A stretch of 15,186 nucleotides of DNA from contig CAZESS010000030.1 of the NCBI GenBank assembly GCA_964514975.1, forward strand, positions 1-15,186, written 5' to 3'. Numbering within the stretch: position 1 is the stretch's first letter; each line of letters opens with the position of its first letter. The DNA comes from an uncultured Thermoplasmatales archaeon. GTDB lineage: Archaea > Thermoplasmatota > E2 > UBA202 > DSCA01. A program made the translations under genes and the position numbers. This document shows positions 7,109 to 14,279 of the stretch, in pieces. A model generated the notes under the pieces. It saw nothing but the letters and a program-made list of their open reading frames with translations. It made no database searches and was not told where the DNA came from.

Positions 7109-8743
7109 ATGCTGCTGACGCTGCTCGACGGCTACGTCGACGAGCCCGCATGCCTAGGCGTCCCGCCCTACATATCTCCATACATCAGGTATGCAGCAGG
7201 CGCCATCATCGATGCCGGGCATCGCTGCCAGTACCGCACCGTCGACCAGTGGCGACAGGGTATGTCACTCGACGGTGAGCTGCTCCTCGTCATCACCGGG
7301 GCGCTCGTCCCGGGCCGGTACCTCCGCGGTATGCCCCTGTCATACAGGGAGCTCAAGACCATCTCCGCAACGTTCAACGGCCCGATCATCCTCGGAGGCT
7401 CGGCAGCCCTGTACGGCATTGGCCATGGCGGCGGAGCACCGCCGCGCGCGGCGGACGACCTCGTCGACTACACCGCCGAAAAAGATGCCGATACGTTTAT
7501 CTACGACGTGCTGCATGATACCTTGCGGCAGCGCCATCGCACACGGCAGGAATGGCGGCGCTGGGCTCTTGCAGGCGCATCGGTCGTCACCGGCCATCCT
7601 GATTTCCCTGACACCCTGCTCGCGGAAATCGAGACCTACCGGGGATGCCCCCGGTATCTGACGGGCGGGTGCAGCTTCTGCATGGAGCCGCTCTACGGCA
7701 GGCCGTCGGTTCGCTCCGTCGAGAGTATCGTGGCAGAAATCGGGCGGCTGCATCACTATGGTGTCCGGCATTTCAGGCTGGGATGTCAGTCCTGTTTTTA
7801 CTCCTATGGTTCCGATGACATCGGCAGCCGGGAAACACCGCGGCCAAACGTCGCAGCGATACACCAACTACTCACACAGATATGGGAGGCAGCTCCACAT
7901 ATCAGGGTGCTGCACATCGACAATGCCAACCCGTCGGTCATCGCATGCTATCCCGACGAGGCTGCGGAGATAACACGCCTGATAGCCCGCTACGGCACGG
8001 CGGGGAACACGGCAGCGCTCGGCATGGAAACAGCGGATGCAGCGGTCCGCAGGGCAAACAATCTCAACGCAACGCCCGAAGATACGATGGCTGCCATCCG
8101 CCTCATCAACGACATCGGCGGCAGGCGCGGCGACAACGGTATGCCCCAGCTGCTGCCCGGTATAAACCTGCTCTACGGACTGCCCGGTGAGAGCGACGAT
8201 ACCTCCCAAAAAAACCGTGCTTTCCTGAAACAGGTAAAACGGGAGAGATTGCTCCTGCGGCGAATCAACATCCGTCAGGTCGTGCCCGTCCGTGGCCATC
8301 ACACGGGAACGGACACGGGGGCGCTGCAGCGGTTTAAACAATGGGTGAACGAGTCTATAAACCGGCCGATGCTCCGACAAATCGTGCCCCGGGGAACAGT
8401 CCTGGCGGACGTCTACCTTGAGATACATCGGGGCAAGCAGACATTCGGCCGGCAAATTGGCTCCTATCCACTGCTGGTCTGCTTGCCATACCAGGAACAA
8501 ACAGGGTGCTATGTCGACGTGAAGCTGACAGGGCATGGCTACCGGAGCGTTACCGGCGTCGTATATCCGCTTAACATAAATGAGGCATCGCTCGATGCGC
8601 TGGCGTCGCTGCCAACGGTCGGTGAAAAACGGGCCGCCCGCATCATCGCCGGTCGCCCCCATACAGATATGGATGAGCTCGCCATGGTCATGGACGACGA
8701 GTTCAGGCCCGGAGCGATATCAGGCTGGTGCCGATTCGGGTAG
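7109..8743 (+). CDS. Radical SAM protein with TRAM-like and C-terminal helix-hairpin-helix domains (COG1031-like, uncharacterised)
   Basis: N-terminal LDGYVDEPACLGVPPYISPYIRY, EIETYRGCPRYLTGGCSFC (CX7CX2C), HIDNANP, RRINIRQV, GRQIGSYP, and NINEASLDALASLPTVGEKRA (HhH). Confidence 0.88.
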   Translation: MLLTLLDGYVDEPACLGVPPYISPYIRYAAGAIIDAGHRCQYRTVDQWRQGMSLDGELLLVITGALVPGRYLRGMPLSYRELKTISATFNGPIILGGSAALYGIGHGGGAPPRAADDLVDYTAEKDADTFIYDVLHDTLRQRHRTRQEWRRWALAGASVVTGHPDFPDTLLAEIETYRGCPRYLTGGCSFCMEPLYGRPSVRSVESIVAEIGRLHHYGVRHFRLGCQSCFYSYGSDDIGSRETPRPNVAAIHQLLTQIWEAAPHIRVLHIDNANPSVIACYPDEAAEITRLIARYGTAGNTAALGMETADAAVRRANNLNATPEDTMAAIRLINDIGGRRGDNGMPQLLPGINLLYGLPGESDDTSQKNRAFLKQVKRERLLLRRINIRQVVPVRGHHTGTDTGALQRFKQWVNESINRPMLRQIVPRGTVLADVYLEIHRGKQTFGRQIGSYPLLVCLPYQEQTGCYVDVKLTGHGYRSVTGVVYPLNINEASLDALASLPTVGEKRAARIIAGRPHTDMDELAMVMDDEFRPGAISGWCRFG

Positions 8744-9436
8744 CCTGTCCCGCCATGTACCGCCGCGGAGCTCTGACAGATGGACAACGGTCAGCGATAC
8801 TGTTTCGTCGGTGAGCAGTTCCTCCATCCCGGATGTGTGTCCCTCGCCGACGAAGGCGACGATGCTGTCATACATGTCCAGTGCCTGCCTGAGCCGGGCT
8901 GCCATGTGCCGGTTTCGCTCCTCGATGAGGATGGTGTAGAGCTCGGGAAGGGTGGAGTGCATCTCCTGCAGATAGGTCTCCGGCTCGGTTTCAAACGACT
9001 CGATTTCCTTTTCAACGCGCTTTTTGCTGATGAAGAGCGACGAGAGGCCGCTCACCATGAACAGCAGCTTTTTTCGCAGCGGGATGCTCCGCCACAGCCT
9101 GGTCATCACCATCCTGACGTCTAGGTCGATGCAGAGGATACCGATGGCGCTGTCCCGCGCTCTCCGGGCGGCGGCGGCCATCTCCGACCCGGTGGCAACG
9201 CCGTATTTTTTCGCTATCCGTTCCTGCAGCGATGCCAGCAGGGAATGGAAAAAGGGCAGGTCGCCGCGCTGTCCACCCGGTGACAGCAGCGCCTGGAGGC
9301 GGCTGCGGTCGAGTTCCAGGGCGACAACGTCCGGCTGCACTCTGGTGATGATGCCCTCCACCTGGGATGCGATGTCGAAGACATGGCCGACGCCGACCAG
9401 CACGACCTGTTTTTCTTGTTCGTCTACAGCAGCCAC
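8720..9436 (-). CDS. TraB/PrgY/GumN family protein
   Basis: Motifs LVGVGHV, PDVVALELDRSR, GSEM, ILIEERNRHMA and VGEGH; GTG start overlapping the hypB end. Confidence 0.85.
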   Translation of the reverse strand: MAAVDEQEKQVVLVGVGHVFDIASQVEGIITRVQPDVVALELDRSRLQALLSPGGQRGDLPFFHSLLASLQERIAKKYGVATGSEMAAAARRARDSAIGILCIDLDVRMVMTRLWRSIPLRKKLLFMVSGLSSLFISKKRVEKEIESFETEPETYLQEMHSTLPELYTILIEERNRHMAARLRQALDMYDSIVAFVGEGHTSGMEELLTDETVSLTVVHLSELRGGTWRDRLPESAPA

Positions 9437-10062
9437 GCTACCAGCTCGTCGATGCCCTCATCGTGTCTGGCATCGGTCAAAAAATATTGTTTCGGTGCTA
9501 TCTCCTCGATGTCGGCGACGATGCCGTCGATGTCGACGTCCATGTGCTCGGCCAGGTCTATCTTGTTGACCACGACGAAGTCGGCCGTCTGGAAGATAAG
9601 CGGATGTTTTTTCACCATGTCGTCGCCCTCGGTAACCGATATCACGACGCCTCGTTTGTCGCAGCCGAGGGAGAAATCAGCGGGGCAGACAAGGTTGCCA
9701 ATGTTTTCTATGAATACGATGTCAAGGCTTTCAAGGTCGAGGTCGTCCAGTGCATGTTCGATGAGATGCGCATCGAGATGGCATTCCTTGCCGGTGTTGA
9801 TGTTCACCACGGGCACATGGTGCTCCCTGATGCGGCGGTAGTCACTGTCGCCGGTGACGTCGCCCACGATGACGCCGACCCGGTATGTGCCGAGCAGTCG
9901 GTCGGCTATCTTTTCGATGAGCAACGTCTTTCCGGAGCCAATGGCGCCCATGAGGTCGATGGCCGTCATGCCGGCCTGCCTGAATCGGTCGGCGTTGTCA
10001 CGCGCTATTTTCTCGTTTTCCTCGAAGATGTCCTTGCCGACGGCGACGTCAACCTTGTGCAT
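9424..10062 (-). CDS. hypB: Hydrogenase nickel incorporation GTPase HypB
   Basis: Motifs MGAIGSGKT (P-loop), NTGKECHLDAH, ENIGNLVCP, SVTEGDD, KHP and NKIDL. Confidence 0.95.
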   Translation of the reverse strand: MHKVDVAVGKDIFEENEKIARDNADRFRQAGMTAIDLMGAIGSGKTLLIEKIADRLLGTYRVGVIVGDVTGDSDYRRIREHHVPVVNINTGKECHLDAHLIEHALDDLDLESLDIVFIENIGNLVCPADFSLGCDKRGVVISVTEGDDMVKKHPLIFQTADFVVVNKIDLAEHMDVDIDGIVADIEEIAPKQYFLTDARHDEGIDELVAWLL

Positions 10063-10067
10063 GATAC

Positions 10068-10295
10068 CTACAAGGCATCGTCATCTTTAAATGCTTCCGT
10101 CCGCACTGCATCCAGCAGTCCGTGGGCGTAGTTGATGCAGCCAAAGGCGGTAAAAAAATCCTGCTTTTCCAGATAATATCGAGCGTCGTCATAATAACGC
10201 CGGGCCATGCCAACAACATCCTTTGCCCCCATCCCGGCGACATGTTTTTCGAACAATGCCAGGTCTTTTTCGATGCGCTCACGCTGATCCATCAT
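10068..10295 (-). CDS. DUF357 domain-containing small archaeal protein
   Basis: MARRYYDDARYYLEKQDFFTAFGCINYAHGLLDA matches the DUF357 pattern; SD GAGGTGA upstream; coupled to the hflX stop. Confidence 0.85.
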   Translation of the reverse strand: MMDQRERIEKDLALFEKHVAGMGAKDVVGMARRYYDDARYYLEKQDFFTAFGCINYAHGLLDAVRTEAFKDDDAL

Positions 10296-11569
10296 GTCTG
10301 CCTCACCTCCGCGCCCCGCTGCTGGCAGCGCCCCGTTATCTTGTCCTTCACGCGCTCGCTGCAGGTGACGCGGACGACGCTGCTCCCGTCGTTGCTAACC
10401 CTGCATATGCGGGCCTGCTGGTTAAAAATAAACGACATGTCGTCCTCGTCGACGCCGTCGGGGAACACGATGTCCATCTCCACCCGGTCTGGCAGGGCAT
10501 CGTAGATTTCGTCTACCAGCTCGCCGAGGTTGTCGCCGGTCCGAGCGGACAGGAACAGGCAGGGCCGGTTGCCAACCACGTCCTCGGTGCACGACCGCAC
10601 CGCCTGCTGCTCCCGTCCGGTGAGCCGGTCGGCCTTGTTCATCCCCACGATGATGTCGGGATGGTTTTCCATCTCCATGATCTCCCGCAGCGACACGGAT
10701 GCTTTTTCCCTGATGGTGTCCAGGCTCTCGCTGGCGTCGATGAGCAGGACGATGACGTCGGAGAGCGCGATTTCCTCGAGCGTTGGATGGAAGGCGTCCA
10801 CCAGCCAGTGGGGCAGGTCGCGGATGAACCCGACCGTATCGGTGATGAGAATGGGCATCGCATGCGTTCCCCGGTCATGTTTCAGGCGCCGCGTGGTGGT
10901 GGACAGCGTCGAAAACAGGCGCTCCTCGACCGCTACCTCTTCGTCGGACAGCTGGTTGAGCAGGCTGCTTTTTCCGGCGTTGGTGTACCCGGCGATGGAG
11001 ACGAGATAGAAGCCCTTCTCGCGGCGGTTTTTCCGGTGGGCCTCCCGGACCTTCTCGGTTTTGTCCAGATCCTCCTTTATGTTTTTCATCTGTTTTTTGA
11101 TCATCTCGTAGTAGTTGGCGACCTCGTACTGGCCGCCGGCCATGAACCCCGGGTGCTCGCCGGTTCTGGCGCGGTGGATGAGCTCCCGGACATAGGGTCG
11201 CTCGTAGCGGAGCGAGGCAAGGCGGACCTGCAGCTTTGCCTCCTTTCGCTGCGCCCTGTCCGCAAATATGTTCAGGATGAGCCGGATGCGGTCGTACACC
11301 GTGACGTTCAGCTCTTTTTCCATGGTGTACCACTGCGATGGTCGCAGGCGCTGGTCGACGATGGCGCAGTCGATGTCATGTCCATCGACATATTCCGCTA
11401 CCTCGGCTATCTTGCCCGCGCCGATGTATGACGCCGGGTCCGGTGCGTCCCGCTGCTGGATGAAGGTCTGCTGGACATGATAGTCTAGCGCCCGGGCGAG
11501 ATGCCGCAGTTCCTCGTTGTCACGCTGGAGTGACACGATGACGGCGTTTTTTTCGTCCATCTCGTTCAT
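10292..11569 (-). CDS. hflX: Ribosome-splitting GTPase HflX
   Basis: YIGAGK, LRPSQ, DRIRLILNIF, EAKLQV, G1 GYTNAGKS, LFSTL, G3 DTVGF and G4 NKAD. The true start may be ATG 11560 by promoter spacing. Confidence 0.95.
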   Translation of the reverse strand: MNEMDEKNAVIVSLQRDNEELRHLARALDYHVQQTFIQQRDAPDPASYIGAGKIAEVAEYVDGHDIDCAIVDQRLRPSQWYTMEKELNVTVYDRIRLILNIFADRAQRKEAKLQVRLASLRYERPYVRELIHRARTGEHPGFMAGGQYEVANYYEMIKKQMKNIKEDLDKTEKVREAHRKNRREKGFYLVSIAGYTNAGKSSLLNQLSDEEVAVEERLFSTLSTTTRRLKHDRGTHAMPILITDTVGFIRDLPHWLVDAFHPTLEEIALSDVIVLLIDASESLDTIREKASVSLREIMEMENHPDIIVGMNKADRLTGREQQAVRSCTEDVVGNRPCLFLSARTGDNLGELVDEIYDALPDRVEMDIVFPDGVDEDDMSFIFNQQARICRVSNDGSSVVRVTCSERVKDKITGRCQQRGAEVRQT

Positions 11570-11595
11570 TTAATGGGGGTGGGGTACAAAACCTT

Positions 11596-11622
11596 TTCCA
11601 GTGGAAATAGGGGGGTGTGGGT
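11596..11622 (+). repeat. ORB-like 27-bp element, copy 3 (TTCCAGTGGAAATAGGGGGGTGTGGGT)
   Basis: Perfect TTTCCA-G-TGGAAA dyad plus G6 string; abuts the DP1 stop codon and sits directly upstream of the putative hflX TATA (TTTTGTA, 11591..11585 minus). Confidence 0.8.
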
Positions 11623-13061
11623 CAGGTGGTGAAGTTCATCAGGCTCGTCCGCCCGCTATCCAGGGACACGATGGGCACCTTGGCCGGGTCGGGCATGAAG
11701 TTCATCATCCGCTGGTAGTCCGTTTGCGACTGCCATGTAGAGGCGTTGATAAGCTGTACGCCCCGGTAAGAGTCGATCGCCGTCGTATGCACATGGCCGG
11801 TGACGAAGACATCCGGGATGCGGTCGATGACCATGTAGTCATGCAGCTCCGGCGCCAGCGGGGTAATTTCCCCGTAGATGGGAGCCATGTGCCGCCGCAT
11901 CAGCATGTGCTTCATGATCTCCGTCGGCTGGTTCTGGTTGATGCCGATGCGCGTCGAAAAATCAAACAATGACTGCCCATGGTACAGCAGCACCTCCAGC
12001 CCGTCCAGGCGGACATAGGCCGGGTTGCCCACGAACACCACATTTAAACCAGAAAAAATCCGCTGGATGTCCTCATCAAACGTCGGCTGCGGGAGCGCCT
12101 GCCGCACCGCGTCATGGTTCCCTGGCTGCAGCACAATCGTCACATCGCGCGGCACCGCCTCCAGTTCCCCCGCCAGCGCCTTGTATTGCTCGTAGATGTC
12201 CTCGATGTACAGGTCATCCTCCTGGTTGGGATAGATGCCGACACCCTCGACGGCATCTCCCGGTATGACGAGATATCGTATCTGCCGGGCGACATCCTGC
12301 TGGCGGCTTGTTCCAACCTCGCCGTTCATCCACCGCATAAAGCTACGCCATGCATCCTCCAGGAAGGTCTTGCTGCCAATGTGCACGTCGGCGGCGAAGG
12401 CGACATACCCGTCGTTGTTTCCCCCCTGGTTTTGCTGCCCGATCGGCACGTCCGGCCGGATCAACTGCTGCCCGATGAGAAGACCGTTGCGTCCCGCCGT
12501 GCCGACGACGCCGACAACCTCGTCCTCCACCAGCGTGTCCGCCATCGCCGCGTCCTCCTCCGGGATGTAGACGGTGGCGCTGTCGCTCTCGTCCTCGATG
12601 TCCACCAGGACATGTCCCTTTGAGCTTCGTGTAACGCTGTCGACGATGCCGATGACCGCAACCGGGCCGTCCCTGCCCTTCGCCTTTTTGACCGGGATGA
12701 CGTTTTTCATCTCCTGGCGTTTCCGGAGCAGCCGGTAGAGCTGGCTGTACCGGTCGCGGAACAGCTTCGTGAAATCGGTGATGTCCCCCTCACAGCAGCT
12801 TTTCCCGGTGACATCCTGTATGACCTCGAGCTGCACCGGACGCGCCGGGGCTTGCACGGCATCGATTGCGCCGTCATCTCCGGGGAACACGTCCTTGACG
12901 TCGTCCAGCAGGATGTTGAGCGGTTTTCCGTCAAGGCATTCGAGCACCCGCTGCGCGCTGCTCAGGCAGTCTCCCTGTCGCACGAGATAGTCCACGGCCT
13001 CCGACTGGATGAAGACATGCCGCTTCTGAAAGTACTCGATGACTTTCCGTCGCTCATTCAT
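11622..13061 (-). CDS. polD1: DNA polymerase D (pol II) small subunit DP1, 3'-5' exonuclease
   Basis: FRDRY, OB fold (VIGIV...IEDE), and metallophosphoesterase motifs ADVHIGSKTF, PGDAVEGVGIYPNQ, PGNHD, YHG, RRHMAP, TGHVH and STWQSQTDYQ. Start ATG 13061 chosen because ATG 13073 lies inside the SRP RNA. Confidence 0.96.
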   Translation of the reverse strand: MNERRKVIEYFQKRHVFIQSEAVDYLVRQGDCLSSAQRVLECLDGKPLNILLDDVKDVFPGDDGAIDAVQAPARPVQLEVIQDVTGKSCCEGDITDFTKLFRDRYSQLYRLLRKRQEMKNVIPVKKAKGRDGPVAVIGIVDSVTRSSKGHVLVDIEDESDSATVYIPEEDAAMADTLVEDEVVGVVGTAGRNGLLIGQQLIRPDVPIGQQNQGGNNDGYVAFAADVHIGSKTFLEDAWRSFMRWMNGEVGTSRQQDVARQIRYLVIPGDAVEGVGIYPNQEDDLYIEDIYEQYKALAGELEAVPRDVTIVLQPGNHDAVRQALPQPTFDEDIQRIFSGLNVVFVGNPAYVRLDGLEVLLYHGQSLFDFSTRIGINQNQPTEIMKHMLMRRHMAPIYGEITPLAPELHDYMVIDRIPDVFVTGHVHTTAIDSYRGVQLINASTWQSQTDYQRMMNFMPDPAKVPIVSLDSGRTSLMNFTT

Positions 13062-13068
13062 TTTAGCC

Positions 13069-13383
13069 GGCATGGACGCGTCCGCGGTGGGCGGGAAGCA
13101 CCGGGCAGCGACGGCCCAGCGTTTTTCTCAATCCCGCGATCCCCTGAGCACCATGAGTCATCGGCCGGGCTGCTCCCTTCCGGGCCTGACCCTCTGTCCG
13201 AAACCAAGATGGACAGCCGACCCTCCGGCCGGCTGCGGCCATCACCTCTGGTCCCAGGGGACGGGATTTCATCGTCCAACGCTGGATCGCTGCCTGGACT
13301 CCACGCCGCCGTTGGACTTCGACCCCGACTGAAGGCGATTTCCGGTGACAGGAGACGCCTAACTTCCCGGTCTAGTCCACACC
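13069..13383 (-). ncRNA. ffs: Archaeal signal recognition particle (7S/SRP) RNA, about 315 nt
   Basis: The minus strand has the helix-8 signature GGTCAGGCCCGGAAGGGAGCAGCC, a helix-6 GGAG tetraloop and an Alu-like 5' domain (CTAGACCGGGAAGTTAGGCGTCTCCTGTCACCGGAAATCGCC). Terminal helix 1 is GGTGTGGAC/GTCCATGCC, and a BRE/TATA AAAGGTTATTAAAT lies upstream (13424..13411). Confidence 0.93.
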
Positions 13384-13422
13384 TTTGGCCAGCATCCATA
13401 TAACCCCGCGATTTAATAACCT

Positions 13423-13674
13423 TTACCATGGCCGCCGGAGCACCAGGAACTCGTTGCGGAAAAAGCGGTAAAACAGCCAGGCCAGCGCGCCGGTCACGAA
13501 GGCCACGTCCCGGGCGACATGCCACATCGACGCACGTTCAGCGTCGCTGCCGTAATGATAGCCCGCCATGTAGGCATCCTGCGCCAGAAACACGATGGCT
13601 ATGATGAGCACTGCCACCACGATGATGTCGAGATAAAAAAGCCAGCGTCTCCATTGTTTCGGCTCAACCGCCAT
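13423..13674 (-). CDS. Small two-TM hypothetical membrane protein (83 aa)
   Basis: MAVEPKQWRRWLFYLDIIVVAVLIIAIVFL... has two hydrophobic helices; SD-like GGGAGG before ATG 13674. Confidence 0.7.
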   Translation of the reverse strand: MAVEPKQWRRWLFYLDIIVVAVLIIAIVFLAQDAYMAGYHYGSDAERASMWHVARDVAFVTGALAWLFYRFFRNEFLVLRRPW

Positions 13675-13787
13675 AGTCGTTCCCTCCCATATGATATTGC
13701 CAAACGATATAAAAGGTTGGTGTTTTTCCGGGGGCAGTCGCCGGCTCCTTGTGCCAATGCTTATAAAAAAGCAGGGGATGTATGTGT

Positions 13788-14276
13788 ATGAAAACGTCAG
13801 CGGTGGCGGTGACAGGGCTGCTGGTCCTTGCCATGTTTCCCCTCTCCGGCGGGGCAACATCGTCGTCAACGCCGGTCAATGCGCCGGATGCTGCAGCAAA
13901 CGAGCTCATCAACATCTCCGTCGAGGAGACCCAGGCAATGCTGCAAAACGAGAGCGATGGACGGGAGCTCGTCGTCGACGTCCGCACCTTTGCCGAATGG
14001 TTCAACGAGCGCATCGACACCCCGCACAGCTACGACTCGCCCATCCTGTATCCGTTGCATTTCATCGAGATACCGCTGTTCAGGCAGATCTTCCACCTGG
14101 CGTTCCAGGGCAACGAGGTCATCCTGTACTGCCGGAGCGCCAACCGGTCCTACACCGCCGGCACCACGCTCGTCGACGAGGGCTTCCAGGGAACGCTCTA
14201 CAACATGGCAGGCGGCATCGTCGCGTGGAAGGCAGCGGATCTGCCAGTCGTCAGAGGCTTCAGATTCGGGGCATAG
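13788..14276 (+). CDS. Rhodanese-like domain protein with N-terminal signal peptide
   Basis: Signal MKTSAVAVTGLLVLAMFPLSGGA; motifs ISVEE, VVDVRTFAEW, VILYCRSANRS (catalytic Cys loop) and YNMAGGIVAW; TATA TTATAAAA about 27 nt upstream. Confidence 0.88.
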   Translation: MKTSAVAVTGLLVLAMFPLSGGATSSSTPVNAPDAAANELINISVEETQAMLQNESDGRELVVDVRTFAEWFNERIDTPHSYDSPILYPLHFIEIPLFRQIFHLAFQGNEVILYCRSANRSYTAGTTLVDEGFQGTLYNMAGGIVAWKAADLPVVRGFRFGA

Positions 14277-14279
14277 CGC

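Noticed and set aside
10223-11431. 402-aa plus-strand ORF and other long antisense ORFs (543..1196, 4899..5765, 7868..8662, 9367..10131)
   Set aside because: These are shadow ORFs opposite well-supported genes, expected at high GC3.
3988-11622. 27-bp repeats as a CRISPR array
   Set aside because: The copies are kilobases apart and in both orientations, with no spacers and no cas genes.
13069-13383. RNase P RNA as an alternative identity
   Set aside because: No GAGGAAAGTCC-type P4 signature was seen, whereas the SRP helix-8 motif is clear.
13064-13391. BHB-mediated circularisation or permutation of the SRP RNA
   Set aside because: Only one 3-nt bulge is evident in the extended terminal helix, and the domain order is canonical.
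12852-13525. ORFs 13058..13525(-), 12852..13403(+), 13039..13332(+) and 13063..13272(-)
   Set aside because: They overlap the SRP RNA gene and have no recognisable protein motifs.
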